Assembly (NCBI GenBank): GCA_963841735.1
Contig: CAWJDT010000004.1
Span: forward strand, 256,001-320,000
From: an uncultured Actinomycetes bacterium
GTDB lineage: Bacteria; Actinomycetota; Thermoleophilia; RBG-16-64-13
Length of the DNA stretch: 64,000 bases
Direction: 5' to 3'
A program made the position numbers and the translations under genes. A model generated the notes under the pieces. The model was not told the DNA's origin, searched no databases, and worked only from the letters and a program-made list of their open reading frames with translations. How positions within the stretch are numbered: position 1 is the stretch's first letter; the number at the start of each line of letters is the position of its first letter. This document shows, one piece after another, positions 1 through 13,941 of the stretch.

Positions 1-585
1 CAGTCCCACTATGACACTTGTTCCCAGAACCGAGCCCATAAAGAGCGCCATCTTGATGTCGCCGGGCCCCATTCCTCCAGGCCAGACCATCGCGAGCGTG
101 AAGATGAAGAGCGCCGCCCCCGCACTGCTCACGAGATAGACCCACCACGCTTGCGGATCGAGCGCCACAGAGGCGGCCAGACCGAGCACAGTTCCGGGGA
201 GCACTATCTTGTTTGGAATGATCATGTGGTCATAGTCTATGAAAGCCACGGCGATCAGGGCGGCTATGAAGGCCCACGCCACCAGCAACGACCACTGCTC
301 ACCAAACCGCCACGCAGCCAGGCCGAATAGAACCCCCGTCATAGCCTCGACCACGGGGTAGCGGATGGATATCGACTTGCCGCAGGCCCGGCACCGGCCC
401 CTCAGGATCAGCCAACTCGCAACGGGCAGATTGTCATGCCAGTGAATGCCGACCCCGCAACCGGGACAGTGAGAGCCTGGCCTTGCCAAGGATTCGTGCC
501 GCGGAAGGCGATAGATGACCACGTTCAAGAAACTGCCCAGTATTAGACCGAACACCACCGAGAACACATATACCAGTGCCTGCAT
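1..585 (-). CDS. pilD: Prepilin peptidase / N-methyltransferase (A24 family), 3' end runs off the window
   Basis: Manual translation from ATG 585 (SD GGGGAGG): MQALVYVFSVVFGLILGSFLNVVIYRLPRHESLARPGSHCPGC...RGRCRAC...RYPVVE...IDYDHMIIP...GMGPGDIKM. Not in the ORF track because it has no stop inside the window. Confidence 0.92.
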   Translation of the reverse strand, partial: MQALVYVFSVVFGLILGSFLNVVIYRLPRHESLARPGSHCPGCGVGIHWHDNLPVASWLILRGRCRACGKSISIRYPVVEAMTGVLFGLAAWRFGEQWSLLVAWAFIAALIAVAFIDYDHMIIPNKIVLPGTVLGLAASVALDPQAWWVYLVSSAGAALFIFTLAMVWPGGMGPGDIKMALFMGSVLGTSVIVGL

Positions 586-754
586 CCAGCCTCCCCCATC
601 CTCGCACCCGGCCATATCTGCCGCTTATGCGCGATCACTCGCGCCGAAATCATTTACGCCATTGTATCTGGGCATCAACCCAAACTGTGTGCGACTTTGG
701 TCCGATACGACCGCCAGACGCCCGGCGCCAGAACTGCTGGACCTTAGCCCACTG

Positions 755-1663
755 CTACGGCAGCCAGCCGCCCGCTTTCATAGCCTCACGCAACACCTGC
801 TGACCGGCGACCGTCATGCGCTCAAGGGGAGCCCGCAACGGGCCCGCCGGCAGGCCCAACCATTCGAGCGCCTGCTTGACCGGAGTAGGATTGGGCTCCA
901 CAAACAGCGCGTCCACCAAGTCGATTGTGCGGTAGTGGAGCTCGCGCGCATCCTCCAGGCGACCACTCCACACCGATTCGCACATCGCCTTGACCTCGCG
1001 GCCCACAACATGAGCAACAGCGGCTATAGCGCCGGCTCCTCCGTGGCATAGGAGGCTGAAGGTCATGACGTCCTCGCCGCAGTAGATCTTAAAAGTTTCG
1101 GGATCCGTGGACCGATAGATCTGCATCATCTGGTGAAGATCGTTGGAACAATCCTTGAGACCCACGACCGTCGGTATCTCAGCCCACATCCGCGTAATGG
1201 TACTGGGCTCGATATTGCGACCCGTCCTGCCAGGAATGTTGTAGATCACCATCGGAAGCTTCGAAGCCTTGGCGATGGCCGCGTAATGATCAAAGATGCC
1301 GTTCTGACTGGGCTTGTTGTAGTAGGGGCCCACCTGCAGAGTGGCATCTGCGCCGGCCTCAGCCACCATCTTCGTGAGAGACACCGCTTCCGTGGTGGAA
1401 TTCGACCCCGCCGAAGCAATCACCGGCACGCGCCTACGCGTCTGTTTCACCACTACCCGGACTACCTCGACATGTTCCTCGTGCGACAGTGTTGTCGACT
1501 CCCCCGTCGTGCCGCAAGGCACAACCCCATCACATCCCATTTCTTCGATGACGTAGTCGACCAGGGTGGCCAGGCCCTGGTAGTCGACACTCAGATCTTC
1601 GTTGAACGGAGTAATCAGAGGGACTATCACGCCCCGAAGATTCCACTCTACCTTTGTAACCAC
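755..1663 (-). CDS. dapA: 4-hydroxy-tetrahydrodipicolinate synthase
   Basis: GTTGES, PYY, YNIPGRTG and GLKD motifs. True start is probably GTG 1663 after SD GGGAGG; the ORF-track extension runs through the 5S rRNA. Confidence 0.9.
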   Translation of the reverse strand: MVTKVEWNLRGVIVPLITPFNEDLSVDYQGLATLVDYVIEEMGCDGVVPCGTTGESTTLSHEEHVEVVRVVVKQTRRRVPVIASAGSNSTTEAVSLTKMVAEAGADATLQVGPYYNKPSQNGIFDHYAAIAKASKLPMVIYNIPGRTGRNIEPSTITRMWAEIPTVVGLKDCSNDLHQMMQIYRSTDPETFKIYCGEDVMTFSLLCHGGAGAIAAVAHVVGREVKAMCESVWSGRLEDARELHYRTIDLVDALFVEPNPTPVKQALEWLGLPAGPLRAPLERMTVAGQQVLREAMKAGGWLP

Positions 1664-1714
1664 TCTACCCTCCCAAGTGTCGCGGAGGCTGCAAACGCCT
1701 TTACCGTCCAGAGC

Positions 1715-1742
1715 ATTATAGGGGGTAGGGCGCCAGAGACAA
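1715..1742 (-). promoter_or_regulatory. Sigma70-type promoter for dapA
   Basis: TTGTCT-16 bp-TATAAT on the minus strand. Confidence 0.55.
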
Positions 1743-1745
1743 GAC

Positions 1746-1780
1746 AAAATAAAAGAAGCCCGCCATTTCTGGCGGGCTTC
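1746..1780 (-). terminator. Intrinsic terminator of the rRNA operon
   Basis: GAAGCCCGCC/GGCGGGCTTC 10-bp stem followed by TTTTATTTT on the minus strand, directly after 5S. Confidence 0.85.
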
Positions 1781-1788
1781 AAAATAAT

Positions 1789-1905
<117 letters not shown>

Positions 1906-1930
1906 ACTCTAAAAGCGTATCCCGTGCGCA

Positions 1931-5005
<3,075 letters not shown>

Positions 5006-5056
5006 CGCGCGAAGCAATGCTTCACGGACTGGAAGAGCCGCGTCAATAACGAGCGC

Positions 5057-6988
<1,932 letters not shown>

Positions 6989-7013
6989 ACTGCGCTCTTA
7001 GGCGCGGCCGGGA

Positions 7014-7042
7014 AGGTTAGCATCGTATCGAATCGGCGTCAA
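7014..7042 (-). promoter_or_regulatory. rRNA promoter (proximal, P2)
   Basis: TTGACG-17 bp-TAACCT. Confidence 0.75.
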
Positions 7043-7228
7043 CCCGCCGTGCAAACTCGCTGACTTCACCTTCCCACCAGAGAGACAAAAGCCTCTCCTC
7101 ACAACAAACGAGCCGCCCAAACACTGCACAGGCGGCTCCGAGAATCGCGGCTATCAGCTTCGTTAGCCGCGCATCTCCACCCGGTCGCTCGTGCTGTCGA
7201 GGTGTGTTCGTATCATCGTGAGAGCGGT

Positions 7229-7257
7229 AGTTTAGACCCTCCAGTTACCAGCGTCAA
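7229..7257 (-). promoter_or_regulatory. rRNA promoter (distal, P1) or sRNA promoter
   Basis: TTGACG-17 bp-TAAACT with AT-rich upstream sequence. Confidence 0.72.
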
Positions 7258-7284
7258 TAGCGAAACGACCCCATTTGGAATCAT

Positions 7285-7914
7285 TTATTGGTTTCCCACC
7301 GGAATGATGAGATGCATGCTCAGAGCGGTAGCCACGACGACTTCCTCCGCTACGCCGCGGCCGTACACACCGTACCACCTACCCGTGTCGCTCCACTGGA
7401 CCAGCAAGCCACCGTTCAAGTCATATAGTGTCGCCGCGTGACCCTCCACCTCCCCCACGGTCTCACCCGTGACGTCGCCCAGGTCACCACGCACATTCTC
7501 CATCACCACCAGCCACCCCTCCCCGGCCTGCAGGACCACCTGCACCTCTGTGTCGTCAGCACCCCCACCCATGATGCGCGGGTTGGCAAATGGCGGCCCC
7601 GCATAGGCATCGGGTCCCGCGACTTCCACGACCGGCCACCAATCTGCCGACACGGTGGCCCCGGCGGGCAGGTCGGTGGGTCCGTAGATCGGCATCGACG
7701 GCAAATCCGCCGCGACTTCGTCAAAGACCGCGTCAACCCCGTCTGAGTCACCCGTGATGACAAGTGCGCTGGTTGTGGTGATAGCAGGTATTGCCAGTGA
7801 GTCGTCAGCCTCCATCCCGTTGCCGCAGCCCGATGCCGCGGCCCCGAAGGCTACAACCAACAGACTGGTGACCGTAGCAACCACCCGTACCTGCAGCGTC
7901 CGCTTCCCGCACAT
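7285..7914 (-). CDS. Hypothetical lipoprotein
   Basis: Basic N-terminus, hydrophobic stretch and lipobox-like AASGC; SD GGGGAGAGGGG; acidic mature domain. Confidence 0.7.
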   Translation of the reverse strand: MCGKRTLQVRVVATVTSLLVVAFGAAASGCGNGMEADDSLAIPAITTTSALVITGDSDGVDAVFDEVAADLPSMPIYGPTDLPAGATVSADWWPVVEVAGPDAYAGPPFANPRIMGGGADDTEVQVVLQAGEGWLVVMENVRGDLGDVTGETVGEVEGHAATLYDLNGGLLVQWSDTGRWYGVYGRGVAEEVVVATALSMHLIIPVGNQ

Positions 7915-8031
7915 GCCTGCCCCCTCTCCCCATAGCTGTCGATACCGAGCTTTCCGATCAGTCTACGCCGGGGGCCACCCGCGTCACCTCATACTTTGGT
8001 TGTAGATTGGCGCACAGCCTAAGCGCCAACC

Positions 8032-9570
8032 CTACTCGACGCCCTCCGCTGGTACATCGCGCATGAGCAGCACGACGCCCTCCTTCTCATAGATAGCCGA
8101 AAATCCCTCGGCCCCTAGTTGCGAGAGAACCTTGAGAGTCTCCTGCGGCAGAATGGACGGCAGGTCGAGAACGTACTCCACATCGTCGGCCATGGGCAGC
8201 CGCCGCCCCTTCTGCGAATCATCGCCCCAGTAGGTAGCACTGAAGGGAGTTGGAAACACATACAGCCGCTCTCGGTGGGTCAGATGAGAGGCGAACTTGT
8301 CACCCGCGGCCACCACTGCGTCATCAGGGATCAGAGAAACTGCCTCTTCCGCCGCCAGCACTTGAGGATTGTGGATATCTGCATTGGTGCCCGAGTCGCG
8401 GCTGAAAGGCAGCGGCCCCCACAAATAGGCCGAAAACAGTGCAGCCGCAAGCATCGCCCCTGCCAGGATCCTCCGCCATCTGAGCGCCCTGAAACGCTCC
8501 AGGCTAAGAATAGCCACCGCGCAGAATACTGTGAGGATGAGGCTCGTGTAGTGGTAGTGCAGGTTCGTCTGGTACCAGAAGTTGCTGATCAGGTTGAAGA
8601 ACAATATGGGCAACACTATGACCGTACGCCAGTTCAGCAAAGGCAGGAACAGAACAGGTGTGAGGAGCTGAAAGAGGTACTTCAGCTTGTCCTCGGTAAG
8701 CATGTAGGCGCCCACGGTCCAAGGGCTCTCGATGCCCGTGGCCGTCAACCCGCCCCACCCGCCAAAGGGGATGCGCCATGAGTCCAGGTTCGCCGCCCCG
8801 GTGCGACTCAGTGCCGGCTGCACCAAGAACATCATCAGGCAGAACCACACCAGGGCCATGCCGGCCGTCACTAGGCCCATCTTCCGATTGTGGCAAAGCG
8901 CCACGTACATGCCGAGAGGGACAAGAACGAGCGCCACATCCTCCTTTATCAACATGAGTAGAACCACCATCACTAGATAGGGCCGCCAGCGACCTCGCAC
9001 CACGAAGTACAGGGCGAAGAGCAGTAGCGGGACCTCCAAGCTGTCGGGGTGGAAGTTCTCCAAGTTGAGCCAGCCAAGTGCCGGAGTCAAGAGATAAGCA
9101 GCCGCCGGTATCAAGGCCAGCCAACGATTGCGAAGCACCATCCTCCCAAGAAGGAAGACAGGTACCGCCCCCACGGTCAGAGCCAGCGTCTGGACTACGA
9201 GCAGAGTCTGCGGATCGGGTGCGATCCAGTAAAGTGGAACGAGAAGCACGAGGATCCACGTGGAGTGGTCTCCGAATATGTTGAGCCCCAGTACGGTCAC
9301 AAACGGTTCTTTGAACCGACTCATGAGCCACAACGCCTGGTCGTAGATGCCGATGTCGAAACCGGGAGCTAGGTACGCTCGGTACTTCAGGATGGACCAG
9401 ATTCCGTAGAATGCCGCGTAGGCCACCATAGCCGCCGCGAGCACGGCCCAGGGACCCCAACGGTGCGCCGCCAGTCTACAAGAACGCGCTCGCCTGCCAA
9501 CGAATGCTCGATCACCGCCCCGGCTGGGGGCGACCGGCTCGTCTGCCGTCCTCTGTGACAACGATGTCAC
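8032..9570 (-). CDS. DUF2079-family polytopic membrane protein (GT-C-like)
   Basis: FDIGIYDQ, FGDH, ENFHPD, LIKED and HYHY motifs; many TM helices; start uncertain. Confidence 0.75.
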   Translation of the reverse strand: MTSLSQRTADEPVAPSRGGDRAFVGRRARSCRLAAHRWGPWAVLAAAMVAYAAFYGIWSILKYRAYLAPGFDIGIYDQALWLMSRFKEPFVTVLGLNIFGDHSTWILVLLVPLYWIAPDPQTLLVVQTLALTVGAVPVFLLGRMVLRNRWLALIPAAAYLLTPALGWLNLENFHPDSLEVPLLLFALYFVVRGRWRPYLVMVVLLMLIKEDVALVLVPLGMYVALCHNRKMGLVTAGMALVWFCLMMFLVQPALSRTGAANLDSWRIPFGGWGGLTATGIESPWTVGAYMLTEDKLKYLFQLLTPVLFLPLLNWRTVIVLPILFFNLISNFWYQTNLHYHYTSLILTVFCAVAILSLERFRALRWRRILAGAMLAAALFSAYLWGPLPFSRDSGTNADIHNPQVLAAEEAVSLIPDDAVVAAGDKFASHLTHRERLYVFPTPFSATYWGDDSQKGRRLPMADDVEYVLDLPSILPQETLKVLSQLGAEGFSAIYEKEGVVLLMRDVPAEGVE

Positions 9571-9598
9571 GAAAGTACCGCCCCCACCGGCCCTCGCT

Positions 9599-10852
9599 CT
9601 ACACGATCCGAGCGAACTTCCGTTTGCCCACCTGGACCACCATTCCCTTGAGAGCCCCTAGGTCCAGCTCGAGACAAGAGTCTCGGACAGTCTCGTCGTC
9701 AAGCTTCACTCCCCCCTGCTCGATCAGCCGCCGGGCCTCAGCGTTGGACGACGCCAGACCCAGTGCCGTCAGCAACCGGGGCAGCCAAACCAGGCCGTTA
9801 AGCACGGCTTCGGCCGGCAACGAGGTTTCCGGTATCTCAGCCGGCCGGTCCTTCTCTCGGAATAGCCGATCGAAGTGCCCGCGCGCGCCTTGCGCAGCAT
9901 CTGGGGAGTGATACAGGGTCACTAGCCGCTCCGCCAGATCACGCTTGGCTTCCGCCGGATGATACTCGCCCGCCTCCAAACGCCGCTCGACGGACTCCAC
10001 TTCGCGCCGGCCCGCCCCGGTCAGAAGACTCCAATACATGACCATCAAGGAATCGGGGATAGACATGATCTTGCCGAACATGTCCTCCGGGGCGTCGTGG
10101 ACTCCGACGTAGTTGCCATACGATTTGGACATCTTCTGTTCTCCGTCAAGGCCCACCAGCAGCGGCACCGTAAGAATGCTCTGCGGCGAGAGACCGTACG
10201 CCTCCATGATCGTGCGGCCCATCAGAAGATTGAACGTCTGATCGGTACCCCCCAGCTCGATGTCGGCCCGGACGGCCACACTGTCGTAGCCCTGCAGCAG
10301 CGGGTACATGAACTCAAGCATCGATATCGGTTCGTTCGCCCGATAGCGCCGCGAAAAGTCGTCGCGCTCTAGCATCCGCGCCACCGTGACCGTGGCGGTG
10401 AGACGAAGGACCTCGTCCATGCGCAAGGGGCCCAGCCAATCGCCGTTGCGGGTCAGCTCCACCTTATCCATGTCGAGCACTTTCGCCGCCTGCTCGACGT
10501 ACGTATGAGCATTAGCGCTGATTTCCTCATCCAAGAGGCGCGGCCTCGTCTTGGAGCGACCAGAAGGGTCACCCACCTTGGCGGTGTAGTCGCCAATGAT
10601 GAGCACTGCGGTGTGCCCGAAGCGTTGAAACTGGGCCAGCTTGCGCAGGACCACAGTATGGCCGAAGTGGATGTCCGGCGCCGTAGGATCCACACCAAGC
10701 TTCACCCGTAGCGGCCGTCCTTCGGCTCGTGCTCTGGCCAGCTGATGCAACAACTCCTGCTCCGGCAACACATCCACGCTGCCGAGTAGCAGCTCTTCAT
10801 ATTCTTCTTTGACCTCGGACGAAATGTCCTCACACACCTGTCGCCCCTCCAT
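9599..10852 (-). CDS. tyrS: Tyrosine--tRNA ligase
   Basis: GVDPTAPDIHFGH (HIGH), KMSKS and C-terminal S4 domain; ATG 10852 after SD GGGAGG. Confidence 0.96.
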   Translation of the reverse strand: MEGRQVCEDISSEVKEEYEELLLGSVDVLPEQELLHQLARARAEGRPLRVKLGVDPTAPDIHFGHTVVLRKLAQFQRFGHTAVLIIGDYTAKVGDPSGRSKTRPRLLDEEISANAHTYVEQAAKVLDMDKVELTRNGDWLGPLRMDEVLRLTATVTVARMLERDDFSRRYRANEPISMLEFMYPLLQGYDSVAVRADIELGGTDQTFNLLMGRTIMEAYGLSPQSILTVPLLVGLDGEQKMSKSYGNYVGVHDAPEDMFGKIMSIPDSLMVMYWSLLTGAGRREVESVERRLEAGEYHPAEAKRDLAERLVTLYHSPDAAQGARGHFDRLFREKDRPAEIPETSLPAEAVLNGLVWLPRLLTALGLASSNAEARRLIEQGGVKLDDETVRDSCLELDLGALKGMVVQVGKRKFARIV

Positions 10853-10898
10853 CGGCCACCTCCCGCTCGGCAGCATACCATGGGTCTATTACGTACTC

Positions 10899-11855
10899 CT
10901 ATGCCCGACTAACCCGGGTGAATCCCGAGCACGCCACTACGTCGACGCCTTCGCGCTCGAACTGGTCGATTATCAAGTTCATCCCCAGAGAATCAGAGGA
11001 AATGTGCCCAGCAATGACAACGTTGAGGTGCTCGGCCTTGGCCTTCTTGCGATGCTCCTCGCCCATGTGCATGCCCACTATCGTGCCCACTCCGGCCGCC
11101 GCCAGTTTGGCCAAAGAGTCTACGGGTCCGGACGTTCCCCCGGTCATATCAACCATTATCTTGCCCGTACGGCCCTCGCCATCGCCCTGGAAGATGACCG
11201 GGCCCATCCCCTGAAGGACTGCCTCCCTATACTCGGGGATGTTCTTGAGCATGTCCAATAGCTCCTCGACGGTGCCGTCGGTACCCAGTTCATCGCAGCG
11301 CGCCTGCACGAAGCCGTTGACGCTGTTGTCGGCCGGAGTGTGGCAGCACATGTACGCAAGACCGAGCAGACGGGCCGCATCCAGCGAGCGTTCGTTGTTA
11401 CGTGGGTGCAATGCCCGCATGATCTCAGCCATCCTATCGTTCATGACCGAATCGCCGTAGCCCACCGACACTCCGAAGTTGTGCCACACGTCAGCCTGAA
11501 GGCCCATGACCTGCTCCAGACGAGCCAGCGCCCTCCCCTCAGGATGATGGGCAAACATCAAATCGATCTGAGTGCCCTTGGCCCGAAGTGTATCCGCCAA
11601 CAAGACCTCCCCCACCTCAAGGTCGATACCTACCATCATCTTGCCGATCTCCTGATCCGGATCGCCCAGCAAGATACGAGTGTCGGCGTAGGGGTTCAGC
11701 AAGGCCTCCTGGTCGAACTCCCACCGTCTGCGTTCGGGTAGGTCGGCAAAGTCCTTTTTGAAACGTGCGAGGACTCGCGCCACCCCCTCCGGTCCGCGCG
11801 GGTCGGCGGCGATGCCCGACTGGTATGCCATCTCGTATATCGTGCGCAGCTTCAT
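10899..11855 (-). CDS. NIF3-like dinuclear metal-centre protein (divergent NGG1p-interacting-factor type)
   Basis: NPYADTRI, GID, AHHPEG, HTPADN and GHISSDSLG motifs. Confidence 0.8.
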   Translation of the reverse strand: MKLRTIYEMAYQSGIAADPRGPEGVARVLARFKKDFADLPERRRWEFDQEALLNPYADTRILLGDPDQEIGKMMVGIDLEVGEVLLADTLRAKGTQIDLMFAHHPEGRALARLEQVMGLQADVWHNFGVSVGYGDSVMNDRMAEIMRALHPRNNERSLDAARLLGLAYMCCHTPADNSVNGFVQARCDELGTDGTVEELLDMLKNIPEYREAVLQGMGPVIFQGDGEGRTGKIMVDMTGGTSGPVDSLAKLAAAGVGTIVGMHMGEEHRKKAKAEHLNVVIAGHISSDSLGMNLIIDQFEREGVDVVACSGFTRVSRA

Positions 11856-12460
11856 GTCCGGTCCTCTCTTCTCTGTCGCCCGCTGCCACTCACAAACTTG
11901 CTCCCTGCCGCATAGAACCTCAGGGGGAGCAGGCGCCCCTGGGAGATACCGATGCGTGAAGATACTGACACCTCCGGCCTCGCGCCGTCATCGATGACAT
12001 CAAGGCCTGACGTGCAGCCCAAGTGCCGTCCATTCAACCCCGCGTCGATCAAAAGCGCCCGGGCGGCACGTCCAGGACCCACGGTCCACTGGCCGGGCGG
12101 CCCGCACATCGGCTCGAAGGCTCTTACCAGAACGGCCGAACCCACGCTTTCTCGATCACAGACGATATTGAGCAGCCAATGTACCCCATAGCTCAGAAAC
12201 ACATAGATACTCCCAGGCAGGCCGTACATAGCCGCGTTGCGCATCGTGAGCCCGCGCGCGGCGTGACAGGCGGGGTCGCCTTCGGGAAGATAAGCCTCCA
12301 CCTCGGTCAACCGGCCTCCACCAACGCCGGCCCGCCACAAGATCTTGCCCACCAGAGCTTCCGCCACGATATCCGAGGGTCGCGCGAAGAACTCCGAGCC
12401 CAACAGGATGCCCGGCGGCCGTCCGAGACAAAAGCGTTTACGCTCGGCGACAACAGTCAT
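11852..12460 (-). CDS. mpg: DNA-3-methyladenine glycosylase (MPG/AAG family)
   Basis: TEVEAY, DPACHA, YVFLSYGVHWLLNIV, AVLVRA, GPG and RIGIS motifs. Confidence 0.9.
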   Translation of the reverse strand: MTVVAERKRFCLGRPPGILLGSEFFARPSDIVAEALVGKILWRAGVGGGRLTEVEAYLPEGDPACHAARGLTMRNAAMYGLPGSIYVFLSYGVHWLLNIVCDRESVGSAVLVRAFEPMCGPPGQWTVGPGRAARALLIDAGLNGRHLGCTSGLDVIDDGARPEVSVSSRIGISQGRLLPLRFYAAGSKFVSGSGRQRREDRT

Positions 12461-12528
12461 GCAGCAATGTTAACAGCCCACCAACACCCCGGAAACACGC
12501 CCACGTGGGACCACGCCAGAGCCGACAG

Positions 12529-13941
12529 CTAGGGCAGCCGCCCCTCGAGCAGACCCTTCGCCAGAGCCAGCTGCTCTGCTACCCGCTGCGGAGCGGTGCC
12601 ACCTGGAGATACCTTGGCAGCGACCACGCGCTCGATGTCCACAACGGCGTAGTAATCGTCGGCAAGGAGCGGGCTGATCTCTTGGAGCTCGGCGCTGGTG
12701 ACGTCGGCCATGGGCCGGCCCTCCGCCGCAAGCAATCCGACCAACCGGCCGGCCACCCGATGGGCCTCCCTGAAAGGCAGGCCTTTGCCAACCAGGTAGT
12801 CGGCAACATCCGTCGCCTGGGCATAGCCGCCCTCGGCCGCCTGCCGCGCCCTGTCGGCGTTGAAAGTCAGGGCCTCGACCATGGCGGTCATGGCCTCCAG
12901 GCAGACGTCCAGCTCCTCCTTCGTGGCGAAGACGTAGAGCTTGTCCTCTTGGAGGTCGCTATTGTAAGCAAGAGGCAGTCCCTTCAGCACCGCGCCTAAC
13001 CCCTGCAAACGGGCTAGGAAGCCGGCAGACTTCGCCCGCACAATCTCGGCTCCATCGGGGTTGCGCTTCTGCGGCATGATGCTGGACCCCGAGGTCCAGC
13101 AGTCGGGAAGCGCGGCCAGACCGAACTCCGCCGTCGTCCACAGCACGATCTCAGAGGCCAGTCGCGACATGGTCAGCGCGCAGTTGGCTGCGATCGCCAA
13201 GTAGTCAAAGGCCATATCTCGAGCCGCCACCGCGTCCATTGCGTTGGGGGCCACGTGGTCAAACCCGAGCTCGGCGGCCACGCCTTCACGGTCCAGTGGA
13301 TAGTTGACTCCGGCCAGGGCCCCAGCGCCCAACGGCATGGTCAATCGCTCCAACCAGTCGCTGAACCGCCGCTGATCCCGCTCCATGGCAAAGAAGTAGG
13401 CCAGCAGATGATGAGCCAGCAGCACCGGTTGTGCCCTCTGTAGGTGAGTGTATCCAGGCATGATGACGCTCTTGCCGCGGTCGGCCTGCTCCCACAACGC
13501 GGCCATCAGCTCCCATAGTGCCTTCTGGTGGCCGCGGACAGCGTCCCGCAGATACAGGTGCAGATCCAGGATCACCTGGTCGTTCCGGCTGCGGCCGGTG
13601 TGCATCTTGCCTCCGACCGGCCCCACCAATTCGGTAAGGCGCCGCTCGATGGCCATGTGTATGTCCTCGTCAGCCAGGGTCCAGGCAAACCGGCCGCCTT
13701 CGACCTCCTCAAGGACCTGCTCCAACCCGGCCAAGATCTGGTCGCCGGCCTCAGTGCTGAGCACTCCGATGCGAACCAGCATGCGCACATGTGCCTGAGA
13801 GCCCTGGATATCGAAGGGCGCGAGAACGTGATCGAACGGAATGGAGGCATGCAGCCGCTCGAACAGGGCCGTGGGGTCCGCGGAGAACCGTCCCCCCCAC
13901 ATCTTGCCGGTACCTCCGCTTGTACCGCCCGCTTGGCTCAC
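12529..13941 (-). CDS. argH: Argininosuccinate lyase
   Basis: WGGRF, HTGRSRNDQ and GSSIMPQKRNPD. Confidence 0.97.
   Translation of the reverse strand: MSQAGGTSGGTGKMWGGRFSADPTALFERLHASIPFDHVLAPFDIQGSQAHVRMLVRIGVLSTEAGDQILAGLEQVLEEVEGGRFAWTLADEDIHMAIERRLTELVGPVGGKMHTGRSRNDQVILDLHLYLRDAVRGHQKALWELMAALWEQADRGKSVIMPGYTHLQRAQPVLLAHHLLAYFFAMERDQRRFSDWLERLTMPLGAGALAGVNYPLDREGVAAELGFDHVAPNAMDAVAARDMAFDYLAIAANCALTMSRLASEIVLWTTAEFGLAALPDCWTSGSSIMPQKRNPDGAEIVRAKSAGFLARLQGLGAVLKGLPLAYNSDLQEDKLYVFATKEELDVCLEAMTAMVEALTFNADRARQAAEGGYAQATDVADYLVGKGLPFREAHRVAGRLVGLLAAEGRPMADVTSAELQEISPLLADDYYAVVDIERVVAAKVSPGGTAPQRVAEQLALAKGLLEGRLP

Noticed and set aside
7197-7211. SOS-box-like TCGAGGTGTGTTCG near rRNA P1
   Set aside because: Only one half-site matches and the spacing is wrong.
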